Source: Lytechinus pictus | Lineage: Eukaryota | Direction of reading: 5' to 3' | Length of the DNA stretch: 64,000 nt | Assembly: GCF_037042905.1 (NCBI RefSeq) | Contig: NC_087245.1 | Span: 6,264,001-6,328,000 of the forward strand | In this document: piece by piece, positions 26,630-40,036 of the stretch | Layout: each line of letters begins with the position of its first letter | How positions within the stretch are numbered: the first letter of the stretch is position 1 | Translations under genes and position numbers: made by a program | Notes under the pieces: generated by a model | What the model saw: the letters and a program-made list of their open reading frames with translations, nothing else | Told to the model about the DNA's origin: nothing | Database searches by the model: none

Positions 26630-29102
26630 CTAGGCAAAGGAAAAAAGGCATAGTGTTTTAGAAACTTGTGATGGTGTTTATAATCACAATCATCATAAAT
26701 CAATACCAGATTATATCTATTTTTTTTAATGACACGCTGTTATCAAATGAGAAAAAAGGACGATTGACTTTAAAGCATGAAGCACACCCTCTCTCCAAGT
26801 GAAACTGATCATCAAGTCAGTGAAGTGCAATTATAATGCTCATTCAGCTGGAGGGTGTGCTAGATATCATTAATCATTGATATAAAAAGCAGATTAAGTG
26901 ACAAAATGTCATAAATGGAAAGTACATTTAATGAATACTTCTTGGAAGCTAAAAAAAAGAGGAAGAAGTGATGATTACATGTAGTGCAGGGAGTGCTTTT
27001 AAAATTGCACTGAAAGAAAAAAAAGTTTACTTTATAAAATTTTTTTTCAGAAAGCATTTTGAGCTGTGTAAATGGGGCAATTTGAAACCTTGCCAAGCAA
27101 TGTGGGTAGGGGAATCATGGGGCTATCTGGGGTTTAATTGGTGATTCATACCTTACCTACCATGAAACTAGTATTGATAGGAACAAACTCCTACACAGAC
27201 AAACCACATGTCTGTTCAAGAACAAGAATCATGGACAAAAACAAAATGTACAACATGTATTGTAAGAACAGAATGTTGCATGCCTGCAGGTAATTCAATA
27301 TGCATAACACTGTACACTGTCTACTACAAAGTGGAATACCATTTAAATTTTCAATAATTATGAATGAAGAGCCCAATTGAAGTATAGAAAATTTGCTCTC
27401 TTTTTGCACTGCCTTGCAAGGGCCTATATTTCATATGGATGTACAATCAGTATATCACCATATTCATTGAGGATAATGCAGTAAATCTTAAATGGTGCAG
27501 CTTGTACAAGTGTATTTTGTTTCAGTTTTGGTTCATGTGCCAGTATTCCTTTAGCATACTTTCAATTCTTTTTACTGATGACTTTGTTTCTAAAAATAGA
27601 AAGCAAACAACCTACATGTATTAGCTTTTCAATATCAAAGTTTGAGGTTTAGCACATTAACAGGAACAAAGCACAATTTGATAACTTTATAGCTTTTTAT
27701 ATGAAGTTAATGCATTGCCAACACCTTGTCTGTCACCAGAACCTACCCAGCCTGATGGAACTGTAAGCTTACAAACTTTAATATACATTTTTTTTTAACG
27801 ATGAAAGCAATAATGTTTTTTTTTTCAGGCTTCTAAAAACATTGAAATTCAAATTTTTATTTCAATGAAAAGGAACTCTAAAAAAGGCATCTGAAAGCTT
27901 GGTTTACATGCAGAATAAGATTATTTTCTTGCTTAAATTCTATTAGATCTCATGATTTCATGAAGGCTCCAATTTAATATATTTTTCACAACAGAAATCA
28001 CATGCAATTTTTAGATAATCTGAGCTTTCAGTATTAATTACAGACGCCCCTATGTACAACATGACAGCCTTTGTTACATGTAGCAGGAGACATCATTCAT
28101 ATAAAAAAGGAATCAGAAAATGAGGAAATTTGGTACAATTGAACTGATAATAAATCTGAAACCTGAAACTCAGTGTAATTCAATAAAGAACATTTTATGA
28201 CTACATGTAGGAACATGAATATTAATGGTTTCCATTTTCCTGCTTAAAAAAACAGATCTCATTTGGTGAGATGCCATAAGAATCCGGAAAGGAAAATAAA
28301 CTGATATGAAATAGCCTTTAAGCATCATTAATGACCATACATGTAGAATGGAATTTCCCATTTACAAAAAAAAAAAAAAAATATGCAGCAAATATTTCAG
28401 CTGGTACATGTACTGTATGCATGGAGTCTTGTATGTATACAATTAAAGTAGCAAAGTTTTGTATCAAAATCTCATACCACATTCATTTACAGGAATCTGT
28501 TTTCTAATCTACAAATACTATGATATCAACGCTATTTATTTGTAGGGCATTACTATAGAACAAAGTCCAATCCATGTTTGATTACAGGTTTGCTTGATTT
28601 CCTGACATGACCATGGAATAGACGTGGAGGCAGCATGGTAATCAAGAAATATGACTCCTAATTTCATAAACATGAGGGTACTAAGGAATAACTGACATAT
28701 CTAACAAGAATAAAAGGGACAACATTACACAAAGTAATACCAAAAAGTAATAATCCACTACTATACATGTACATGTACATGTATGTCATAACTGATGATT
28801 TATTTTTGACAGACAATTACTGTTGATATAATTTTCAATTCCTTGTAATGGTATCTATAGAAAATTTCCTTTCAGTTCTTAACAGGAAAATTATATTTTT
28901 CAGCTCATGACAAACTTTAAAAAATAGCCAAAAGAGCAATGCAACTGTCTTCTTTTTTTTTTGCTCAAGTACTGGGAAATGGCTAAATATGTATTAAGGA
29001 AAAGCCACAAAATGCTTTTACCATTGCTGTATGGCAAAAGATAAGGGTAGATTGCTGATATTTCCATTATTAAAAATGTCAGACTTCAGAAATCAAACTC
29101 AC

Positions 29103-29675
29103 TTGAAGTACTTGGGACACGTTTCTGTGATGTCATCCCCTCTGCAAAGCTAAGACTCCCAGACTGAGTGAAATCTCTCCGTCTGTCATAAACCTCAGAC
29201 CAGATCCGTTGCCTTTTTGCCTGACCGATGTTCTTGTTCTGAACCTCTCCTTGTATCGGTGGCTCTGGAATGATTGGGAGAGCGTTGACGTAATCTGCAA
29301 CGCGTTTCCATGAACGGTGGCTGGGTGGCAGCTCCCGTCTCTTTTGGTCTAGGATGCGTTTCTGTTCATCGATTTCCGGCTCCATGGAAGGAAAGAAGAC
29401 ATCGGTATCGGACTGAGCAGAGTTGCGTCTCTCTTCAATGAAATCAGAATCACTGGTCATTTCTGAACCACTACGGAATGTAGACCTGGAGCTACTGTGA
29501 CAGTTATTACCATTCAATGTTTCCTCCCTCTCAAGGTATTCCTCAAGTGTTTCCCCAGTTCTCTGTTCCTCATCTGCACTACTACCAATACGGTATCTGC
29601 CATTGCTGATGGTGTTACCATGGAAATCACTTGACTCCTTCTTTACATTTGTGCCTGTGGTGCTTCCAGTTCTCC
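29103..29675 (-). CDS. Coding exon, 573 bp, phase 1-1 (GRTGSTTG...KRVADYVNALP...KRVPSTS)
   Basis: Open frame across 191 codons; acceptor TTTTTTTATAACTAG|, donor CAA|GTGAGT; GC above flanking introns. Confidence 0.85.
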
Positions 29676-30132
29676 CTAGTTATAAAAAAAGAAAGAAAAA
29701 GAACCTTACGAAGATATTGAGGATGCCAGTACATGTACGTAAATGTAGTTATTCAGCCATGGCTGATGACATACCTTATAATCAGATTTTTTTTTTCTTA
29801 AATGAATTTCAAGAAAGCAAAGTAAGTTGAACCAGTACATTTGGTGTGTGACCTCTAGATCATTCACTATGAGTTGAAGTTCTGTCATTGTACTTTGGTA
29901 TATAATACAGGTAGATAAAAACCATGTATAAAAGCTATTTTATACCATGATACCAGATTGGTGTCTGGTACTTTGCTTGACACTGTCAGTATCCAGTTAA
30001 AAAACTTCTCAGTTAGTGACTAATATGCATTTATTGGCAATATCCTATGACTGAATAAAGGTATCTAATTCAAGATGGAAAGTGTGCTATACAAATCTCA
30101 TGTATTATAATTATTATTACCTTTTGTATTAA

Positions 30133-30708
30133 AGTGATCATTTCACTTTGTTCTGATTTAAAAAATTCTCATTTTGGTTCCTGAAAATGGGCTAAACATT
30201 AGGCTTATAGTGTAAAAATACCATCCCAAAAGTTTCAAAGTATTATATTTACAGGATCAATTTTAAAACCTTGGAGATGTAAACCAAAGTTTGAAATAAT
30301 TGGGAGTTGGTTTCAATGACTATGTGTATACAGGGATCTGTGCACCACAACACATTAATTCTAGATGAACACAGCATGACCTACATACAGTGTGTACAAT
30401 GTATACACTGAATGTACAGTGCAGAAAATAGTGTGTGTATAGGAGATACACACAACAGAAGGCAGTCAAAATAGCGGCAGCCAACAGACTTTTTGAATTG
30501 GAGAAAACTGGTCATAAGCTGAACCCGTCTACTAGACGGTTCTCAAAATCAGGCTAATAAATTGCTACTTGTATCTAAATTAGAGTTTTTCATCCTATAT
30601 TGTGGTCTGTTTCAGGGTTTTTGAGGACAAATACAGGCACTCATACGCACGTTTCAACTCAGTTTGAGAATTTTTTTAATCAGCTGCTCACAAAGTTAAA
30701 CGATCCCT
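30133..30708. mobile_element. Kolobok-like MITE, distinct family
   Basis: TTAA TSD; TIR AGTGATCATTTCACTTTG vs reverse complement AGGGATCGTTTAACTTTG. Confidence 0.75.
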
Positions 30709-30929
30709 TTAAGTATCAATTGGATTTCAAGCAATCATTATTTAAATTAAATCCAAATAAATTAGATTCACCAATAATGCTTCTGGTCTTTTTTTTGGGG
30801 GGTGGCTTCATTTTATAGAGTGAAAGAATTTTCAAAATATCAAAAGCTTTGCAATCTGTAGATTTATCACAATTTGGCTTTGCTACCAAAATAATGTTTA
30901 GATTTTGGTAAGGTTTTCATCTACATTTG

Positions 30930-31045
30930 TCACTCTGCACCCAGGTGTAGTAAATGAGTACCCAGTAGGAAAGAATTCCTTGAATGCTCGAGCACCTGAT
31001 ATTGCTAGTTGAGCTAAAGCCAGAGTAATAGTAGGCAGCGCATAG
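30930..31045 (+). mobile_element. SINE body fragment
   Basis: CACCCAGGTGTAGTAAATGAGTACCCAGTAGGAAAGAATTCCTTGAA matches the SINE core in the opposite orientation. Confidence 0.6.
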
Positions 31046-31160
31046 AATCATTTAATATTATATTTTATGAATGAACCATTTATCAACGTTTATATATTCG
31101 ACCATCACAATACAGTACTTTACAACCATCTCATCTACAATCTTGAGAACAAATGCTCAC

Positions 31161-31182
31161 CATGTGGACGACATGTTTCCAT
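31161..31182 (-). CDS. First coding segment (METCRPH-) within exon 31161-31226 of an uncharacterised Ser-rich protein
   Basis: Acceptor TTTTTTTTCTACCTTGCAG| at 31227; in-frame TGA upstream of gctATGg; donor ATG|GTGAGC in phase 1, matching the next exon. Confidence 0.65.
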
Positions 31183-32348
31183 AGCGATCTTTACTTGCTG
31201 TTCATGAAGATCACAAGCTCAGTCCCCTGCAAGGTAGAAAAAAAATTCTCAAAAATTAAGTTGTTCATCATCGTGTGGTTAGAACTTTTAATTAATTTTC
31301 TGTAATTAAATATCCATTGTACTTTGTAAAATGGCAATATCACATTTACAGAATAAGTACATTGACCTTCCATTCTTACATGTACATGTAGGCCTAAAGG
31401 GTATCCTAATACAAAATATGTGAGATAGAGCAATCACAGCAAATACATGAACAGTACCCGTACAGATAGATTGATATCATTGATTGATTGAATGATGCTA
31501 TTACAGACTAAAAATTAACCACAGCTTTCTTGATACATTGTAGATGTATTGTGATCAGAGGTGAGTCCTGTGGTTAGAATGGCAATTTTATTACACTCAA
31601 TGTTAAGCTGAGCAAAGTACAGCCACATGTACAATTCATTATTTTCTTCTGTCACCCTTTTTTGAAAGTCATTACTGGGACTCTGAGAGGGTAAATAACT
31701 CCCCCAAACTGCAATATTAGTACCCCTTCCATTACATGAATTTTATACAACAAAATACCGGGAGGAAATGACCCCTACTTTACTGTACTGTACAACAAAC
31801 TCGCCAATCTGTATTTTAATCAGATACTACATGTTTTGAAATGAAAAAAAAATAACAGCTTTTTAAATGCATCACTGTAAAACAGAAATAACCTTTCTTG
31901 TCAAAATAGGCCTAGTTGTATTAACATGTACAATAGAAAGATGCTTTGGAAGGCCAAGAGATCTTACAAACTTAAAAGCTCAAATGAACAATAACATGAA
32001 GGACGAGAGAATGGATCAAAAGAAGAAAACATAGCAGGTGGAAAAAACACAAAAATGCTGTATGTCTAATTTTTCAAGAAGGGATATATGGATACACTGA
32101 ATGCTACAAGCTTTCCTTTCACTACTCATCTAATTATGTAAATTCTTCTCAAAACATTGTTCCATTCTCATAAATGTAAACACTAAATGCTGTTTAGATT
32201 GATTATTTTTACTTTCATCAGCTAAAATAAATTTATTTAATATCATAATCATACTTCAAAAGATTCGCATATAAATTTGGCAAAAAAAGAAAGGAAAAAC
32301 GTAGGGTAAAAAAACAAAGAAATACATAAGAAATTACTTTTCAAACCA

Positions 32349-32518
32349 GGTGGATGTTTCATAAAGCTGTTCGTAAGTTAAAAGCGACTTTTTTTATAAG
32401 AACGACTGGTGATCCTTTCTTGTGGAAAATGATTCATTGGCGATAGTTTAAGCGTTCAAGAAAGGTTCACCAGTCGTTCTTAAAGTCGCTCTTAACTTAC
32501 AAACAGCTTTATATAACA
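32349..32518. mobile_element. Short hairpin MITE (Harbinger-like)
   Basis: Arms TAAAGCTGTTCGTAAGTTAA...AAGAACGACTGGTGA and their reverse complement. Confidence 0.7.
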
Positions 32519-32867
32519 GTAATTTCTTATGTATTTTATTGTTGTATGAATTTCTTATGTATTTCTCCTTTTTCAGTCGGCCGGGACTTTTTTTAATTTG
32601 TAATTGTTAGCAATGATATAAAGAATATTAACACCAAAAATTGGCATTCTAGGAGCTTTGTTTTTGTGTGTGAATTAGAGCAAAAAATATGATTTACGCA
32701 TGAATTAGCATAATTGATTCACTATAAAAAATATATAATTTCAGAAATATTAACCATACGGCCTTGTTAATCACATCGCACACAATTATCATGCCAATTT
32801 TCTCGGCGGTCGCGCAATCGGCAGCCGAGATCTAACACCCAAAAAAGCCCGACCTGGTTAGGGTTAA

Positions 32868-33896
32868 AGGGATGCAGACCTGCCAACCTCTGGCAATGAA
32901 AAAGTGTATTCTGTGATAAAAAAAAGTGTATTTTTCCCCAAAAAAGTGTATTTCATAATAAAATGTGTGGCGCACTCCCTCATCGCGGCGCTCAGGCTGC
33001 ATGCAAGCTAAAATGCGCACTGCTCTTGCAGATGAAAAAGAAAAAACATTTAAACACGTGTATATCTCACCCTGGTTTTAACAAAATGATTGAAAAAAAA
33101 AAACAAGTTACCTAAAATTACATTGGTCTAATAACCATATTTGTGTAAGTTTTATGAAATAGAGACATATAGAGATGATTTTTCTCAATAAATTACGATT
33201 TTGTAAAAACAAAAAAAAACATATTTTTTAAAGAAAAAACGTACTGCCGTATTTTGGTTGCAAAAACGTACTAAATACGCCAAAAACGTACTGGTTGGCA
33301 GGTCTGGGGATGGTCGGCGATAAATTATTTATAGCTCTAAATAAATAGAGTAAAATTCACATAGCATATTGCTGAAAATTTCATCAAAATCGGATAACAA
33401 ATAACGATGTTATTGAATTTTAAAGTTTACAAATATTTTGTGAAAATAGTTAAATGTACATATGAATATTCATTTGGTGATGTCACATCCCCACTTTACT
33501 TTTTCTTAAATGTTATTACATGAAATCATAAATGTTTCATATTTTCATACTTGTGTAAATGATGTGTCTCCATTATGATGAAATAAGTTGCGGCAATGGA
33601 TAACTAATGCACTTAATCAGTTGTCAATCCAATTATTTTAGTTCTTGGTAGAAAATTTTCGAATAAACCTAATTTTATATAATAAAATACAAAAGAACAA
33701 GTGGGGATATGACATCATCAATCCATCTAATGAATATTCATAAAGATATGCCTAGAACTGTATCACCAGAATAATGCAAATCTTTAAAATTCAATAACTT
33801 CTTTATTTGTTATCCGATTTTGATCAAATTTTCAGCATTTTGCTTAGTGAATTTTACTCTATTGAGATATAAATATCTCCAGCCTGGACCGTCCCT
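32868..33896. mobile_element. Kolobok-like MITE family B with an insertion in its left TIR
   Basis: TTAA-AGGGATG [insert] GGGATGGTC...GGACCGTCCCT; similar to 14680-15281. Confidence 0.8.
32875..33306. mobile_element. Unclassified MITE with 6-bp TSD
   Basis: TIR CAGACCTGCCAACC / GGTTGGCAGGTCTG; TSD GGGATG at 32869-32874 and 33307-33312. Confidence 0.85.
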
Positions 33897-34420
33897 TTAT
33901 AAAACCAAGAACTTAATTTACCAGTCCCTTGGATGCTTTACTATTAAGCTGATATTTCTTTTAAAACAGTCACATGATCTTTAATTTGCAATTTATCTGG
34001 TAAGATAAAGATTAAAGTAAGGGATTGACATTTGTGACTACGAATGGATGGCACTTCATGAGGATTCCCAACATTTAGATGTAATTGCTTGTTGACTTTC
34101 TGGTGCTCTGGGGTAAATCAAGTTGACGGGTAACTGATATCCCCATCCTACTGATTGCTTGTCACCGAGGGGACCATTTTGTTGACACTACTTGAGAAAA
34201 CTCAAGGAAAGAGATCGCTGCAGAACTTCTTTAAGTTACACGGCACATGGATTAGGTTTCATCTGAGTCTGCATGCCAAACATCAACCATAGAGTTCAAA
34301 TGGAAGCTTAACAAACATATTACCAGAAACTGGAGATACTGATTTACATGAACTGAATATCAGGTTAATGAATTCTATGATGTGCCTTGGTAAACAAGAT
34401 GGTCTTTATATACTGTAGTA

Positions 34421-34565
34421 CAGTGCGAGTCAGAAAAAAACTACACATTTATAAATGGAAAGAAGGACGGTACTCTGTCTAAACTGACTAAACATGCAAA
34501 ATAATTTCATTTTCTCTTTAAAACAAAGGGTAAATATGAAAGTATTTTTTTTTCTGACTGCACTG
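34421..34565. mobile_element. Tc1/mariner-type MITE
   Basis: TA-CAGTGCGAGTCAGAAAAAAA ... TTTTTTTCTGACTGCACTG-TA. Confidence 0.75.
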
Positions 34566-34903
34566 TATACCTAATGCTGCCACGCTTGTCATCAAACTCT
34601 GAAGAAAAAAATTCAAAGTTTGGATAAATTATAAAGTACTACTACACATTCTCTAAAAAAAATATTCATACAGTTCGCATTCTCTACATGTATATCTTAT
34701 TAATACTACAAAAAATGTTGAATTTATAGAACTTATTACTTTTTAAATTATAGACGAAGAACATCATGTACTGTACATGTATCAAAGAAGCAACTTCATA
34801 ATTGTGTATTGGAATGATTTAGAGGTGCTGATTGGTAAGTACATGTACATATATGAGATTAATCTCATGGGGTCATTCAAATGAGCAGGTCAACCTATTT
34901 TAA

Positions 34904-36070
34904 AGGGGGTGTTCAACCTGACAAAAAGTTTATTGTAAACAAGGCAAAAGCGATTTTTTGTCTCACCCACTTATGAAAATAACCAGAAATATCATGATTT
35001 GCGAGGGCACGCAACAGAAAGGTATCGAAACTTCATTTTGAAATGACTGGGATGGAATAACACTTGTCATAAGAGTCTTACACGTAAACTTTAATGTTGA
35101 CCTGAAAATGACCTTTGACCTTACCATGTGACCTCTGACTGCAGCATGACATGCAGGTTCCCCCAAGTCCATCTACCATCCAAGTTTGGTTAAAAAGTGA
35201 CTAACGGTTGCGGAGTTAGGTGTCATAAGAGAGTTTTGCATGTTAACTTTAACATTGAACTGAAAATGACCTTTGACCTAACCATGTGACCTTTGGCTGC
35301 AGCATAACATGCAGGTACCCCCAGTCCAACTATCATCCAAGTTTGGTTAAAAAGTGACTAACGGTTGCGGAGTTAGGTGTCATAAGAGAGTCTTGCATGT
35401 AAACTGTAACGTTGACCTGAAAATGACCTTTGACCTTACCATGTGACCTCTGACTGCAGCATAACATGCAGGTCCCCCAAGTCAATCTACCACCCAAGTT
35501 TGGTTGAAAAGTGACTTACGGTTGTGGAGTTATATGTCATAAGGTTTGTGACGGACGGATGACAATTGGATCCCTAAGTCTCGCCTTCACCTCTGGTGGG
35601 CGAGACAAAAATGGCAGAAAATATTATTTAGCGAAGGTTTCACGAAAACCCATCAAAGATTGTAAAAGTTATTTGAATTCCCTTTTTTTAGTGACATACA
35701 TGTACTGCAAGCAGCTCCCTGTATCTTGAATGAAAAAAATCAATGAAATGTCATTTTCTCAAAAAAATTGAAAATGTATTTTATTATACCTTCAGTACAC
35801 ATGTATCAACAAATTATTTCACAACTGCACCTGAACGATGAACATTTTCAGTCATCATAAACCATTAAAAATTGAAATTTATGCATTTTACATGTATATT
35901 ACATAACATATGGGGCAGCTGCTTGTATATGACGTTACAAATCAAAAACCTATAATTCTAATAACTGTCTTTAATCTTTGACGGATTTTCCTCAAACCTT
36001 CAGCAATATTTTCTATTATTTTTTTCTGGTATTTTTTACAACAATCTTTATATCACAGTGGACTCCCATT
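34904..36070. mobile_element. Kolobok-like MITE family C interrupted by a HINE
   Basis: Similarity to 24135-24627 resumes after 35607. Confidence 0.75.
34939..35607 (-). mobile_element. Helentron/HINE-like element with three ~158-bp repeats
   Basis: subTIRs TGTCTCACCCAC and GTGGGCGAGACA; terminal hairpin 35578-35606; ACGG microsatellite; inserted in an A/T run without TSD. Confidence 0.8.
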
Positions 36071-37485
36071 TTAAGAAAAAGAAGCATAATCATGATCAGA
36101 TGTGATGATGTGATTCGAGTGGTATTGCTCCAGAATTCAATATGTATTTTGGTAGACTTCTTTAATAAAAGACAGAACCGTTTCAAATAGGTTATAAAGT
36201 TCAAAATGAATGTTTGCAACCAAAATAGCAATGTACTAGCCATGATAAAGTGGCATGCATATATGTACATGTAGCTTGCAAGTTTGAAAGATATGAAATC
36301 TCCAAGAAAGATCAGGAACTCTAAATCATGTACACCTCTCCAGAAGGTGTGGAGATGTCTGACTGCATTTGCACAAATTGAAGCTGAATGACTTTCTACC
36401 CAACCACTGTAAACTAACCATACCGTATGTCAAGGCCCCGGAAATGTACCCATACCGCTGCTGATCTCAATGGGACAAGATTTCAACCCTGAGTCATAAG
36501 TCTACCTTACATGCATTTGATTGAATGTGGAGTGGAATTGCATGCAGAATTAAGCCTCAATTCTTTCTTCCTTACTTAAAAATATTAAAATCAAGCTTAA
36601 ACCCCAAGTTGGTTGATAACGTTAATTAAAAACTAGGTATAAAATGTAGACTGGCTTTCATTAGTTTTGCAAAAAGTTCAATGTTCAGTATACTGTATGC
36701 ATATATTTTGGGCTATAATTTAGGTATTATGCATATAAGGAGTAGACCTGTCTGTGATTTTGCATGATTGTTTTTGCAGCCTGCAACATGACTCTTAAAA
36801 AAAAGACATTTTGCATGGACTCAACTTTATCATGGATTATAATTTAACCATTCAAATCATTTTCATTATGAATCAATTCCTTATAAAAATGTGAATTTAG
36901 CTATTGAAGTATTCAGCTCTTCGTGATCCTTCAAATTTTTATCTCAGGCTCAATTCACACTGTACATGTACCTGCCACTTTTGATTTCATATTTTTGGGT
37001 CTGGGTCTACTCATACACAAAATATTCACAGCACATTGCAAGAGTTGGAAGCAAAAATGAAAAATTTGATCTGAAATATTTTTTCTGATAGGCCCACTCC
37101 TGTCTGAAAATAATATTCAAAATCAACTATGACTTTCATCAGTTCAAAATGATAAGACTAAAAAAGATTGTTGTTCATGATTATGGATGGAGAAAATGAT
37201 TCATCCACATCATTTATCACTTATCTTCCATGCCTTTCACAGAATGTGTTTCTTGATATCATCCATGCTCCATTTCTCATTTCCTATCCAAAGCTTTCAG
37301 TCTAACCTTCACCTGCCGTTTCTTGTACCTCTTCAGCAAAAAAACAGGAAGCCAATTATGCGCTGCTCTCACAAATGAGACATGTATCTCAACCATCAAC
37401 CAAGTAAACAATAAAAGTTGTTCAACTCCATTCCTCCTTGATGCTACCGCATCTTCCACCTCTTCCTAATGGATGACTCTCCCAT

Positions 37486-37498
37486 GTTGCTAGGCAAC
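37486..37498. promoter_or_regulatory. RFX X-box GTTGCTAGGCAAC
   Basis: Near-consensus RFX palindrome in unique sequence, ~170 bp upstream of minus-strand donor CAG|GTGAAG at 37313. Confidence 0.5.
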
Positions 37499-39286
37499 AA
37501 TTAAACACACTAAACTACGACAATGCATGCACCAGCCTCGCATGGAGGGAGAATTGAATGGATAGGGTGAATTACTAAGCCACTCTTAGCACTAATGGAG
37601 GGTATTAGGTGGCTCTAATTAAATCCTGTCTGTTTTTATTATCTTCTAGGATGAACAGTCATTGAAACATCAATTACTTCACGCAATAAGGCCTAATGGC
37701 TGAATGCATGTAGGTTTCCAATAGGATCTGTACAAGGACACCTGTAGTCCTGTACCATATTACATGTAATTATGTCTTTCTAATCAGTCTTGCTCATTTA
37801 AAGCAAGAGAGAACAACATCATGAAATATATAAAGTGCATCTTTCAATCCACAATAATTTCAAAGTGTATTCAAACCATTTTGAATATGATGACTTTGAA
37901 AGACTTTCTTTTGCAAAATTCATTCTATCCAAATCATAAAACATGATTTTCAAATAACTTTATTTTGCAAAATGCAGGCAGCCTACAAGTACAGTAGAAA
38001 TCTCATTAAAATATGATATGCCTACATTTTATATTTGGGTAAAATCTCATATGGAAGTTCATACATGTAAGGGAGATCATAATCAGCCTTAAGAAAATCA
38101 GTCTTATGCAGCTTCATAAATGAGAACGTGAACCATACAAACATATATGTTAAGGGCTATATACATGTACAGTACATTTTACTTCATTTCAACAGAAAAA
38201 TATTGTTTGTTAAGTAAAATTTTCCAGTTGGATATATCTAAAGTCATCATATTAAAAGAAAAATGCAAACAAAACTTACTGGAAGGTTTAAAAAAACGCT
38301 CAAATTTGTTTTGCTGGACAAAGTGAAATGCGACTGACAGAGTTTTTCTAGCTTCAAAAGTAACTTGCAGTTGCTCATCAAATTTGAATGTGAGACTTCT
38401 ATATATGCAAGTCATGATTTGCAAAGATTAGTGAATTCAAGTGAACTACAATACTTGATGTGTCAAGAAAGTATAGGCACCACTTCATAAATACTGCGAA
38501 CTATTTCTGGATAATACAGCACAGATCTGGCCAGACATCCAGACTGATAGAAATTTGTTTCCAAGAAGTTGGTGGAACAACAAGTATCCTCTTCAGACAG
38601 CTGACTTACAGATAAAGCAGACTATATGAATCATAAGGAAATACTTTTTAAAAAGAACTTGGACCACAATGCACACCAATCTACCACAGGACCATGGATT
38701 GGGGGAAGGATTATTCTCGAATCAGTTGAATCTATTGCGATTCCTCACAGATAGTGAACATTTTACATCACATGTTGTGAAAGTGTACATGATCCTAGTA
38801 CCTAGAAAGAAAAGAGGTCAAGGGCTAATGAAGTCTCTTTTAATACCTTGGAATTAACTTGCAACTAGAGGCAAGTTAATTGCAAAACAACTACATGTAC
38901 CCCATTTTCACAGGTTCGATATAGAGAATAGCTTCCTCCCTTGAGGGTTCCATGGACAGAACATGTAGGTCAGACATAGGGTTGGTTCTCAATCAAGAAC
39001 AGTAGACCTTCTTTCTTCCAGAAGAAAGTCATAAAGCTTGATAGCAGATTACAAATTTCTTGTAACAGAATTGGGAGTTTGAAGTTAAGAAAGCTAACAA
39101 TTAATCTGAGAATGAGACCAAACTTGCTGGAGGAGTTGATAGAAAGAGTTCAGATCTGATTGAAATGGCTAATGTGGAAACAGGGTAGGTAGTCAGGGTT
39201 CACAGGAAGCCTGTATGTCAGCAGCCGGAAGAGAGTTCACAAAGCATCTACAATTGTTGGCATCATTCCATTCCCTAGTCCACGTA

Positions 39287-40036
39287 GACCCCCGTTACAT
39301 CTGAGAGATTCCCTACCTCGGGCCGGCCCGGGGCCTACCTCGGGTCGGAAAGAAATCAGATGTAAACATCCCAAACCTACCTCGGGCCACCTTTTAGCGA
39401 ACCAACCCGAGACCACATCCAGAGGTAGTCTCGGGTAGGTATCGGGCCGGCCCCGATCCACCGATTCGTAGATGTAAACGCACACAAGCTTTCGAACCTA
39501 TCTCGGTCCGTTCGCCAGCTGTCAAATTACGTCATAGCGCGCGCTATCCCCTCCCCAGCCCCGTCGCTCTTCGAATGTTTTGCGGCATGCGAATTGTGAT
39601 TGATAAAGTCTTTGATGTGAGTGGAAAGAAGGAAGCATTTTAAAATTATCCTTTTCAAGTCGATCATATCTTCAACGACTTCTGGGATCATCAGCATTCT
39701 TCCAGAATCTCGGGTAAAGGTAAAGAGTCGTTTCGACTCTCTCTGGAAATGATCGGCACATGTCCCACCCTGTCAGCCGACGAGTGTAACGAAATGTAAA
39801 CAACTCAATTAGCGCGCGCAAATTATTCAGAGCCTAGATCGAGAGCGCCCTTTGGTGTCAGCAATCGGATACCGCTCAAAACCGTACCGATAGGGGAGGG
39901 AATGATCGCTGTGATGTAAACAGACCACATTTCGGACTCGGTCCGTTCGCGAAGCTAATCCACCAATAATCCAGTCAAGGTTGCAAGTGGACTCGGTCAG
40001 GTCTCGGATAGGAAACTTTCAGATGTAACAGGGGTC
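39287..40036. mobile_element. GC-rich TIR element (Harbinger/ISL2EU-like or TA-targeting)
   Basis: GACCCCCGTTACATCTGA / TCAGATGTAACAGGGGTC flanked by TA; internal GATGTAAAC and CCTACCTCGGG repeats. Confidence 0.8.

Noticed and set aside
31175..31188. X-box-like GTTTCCATAGCGAT
   Set aside because: Overlaps the proposed start codon and can be explained by coding and Kozak context
33922..34260. Possible extra coding exon ending at donor CTG|GTAAAT
   Set aside because: All three minus-strand frames contain stops; could only be UTR and has no other support
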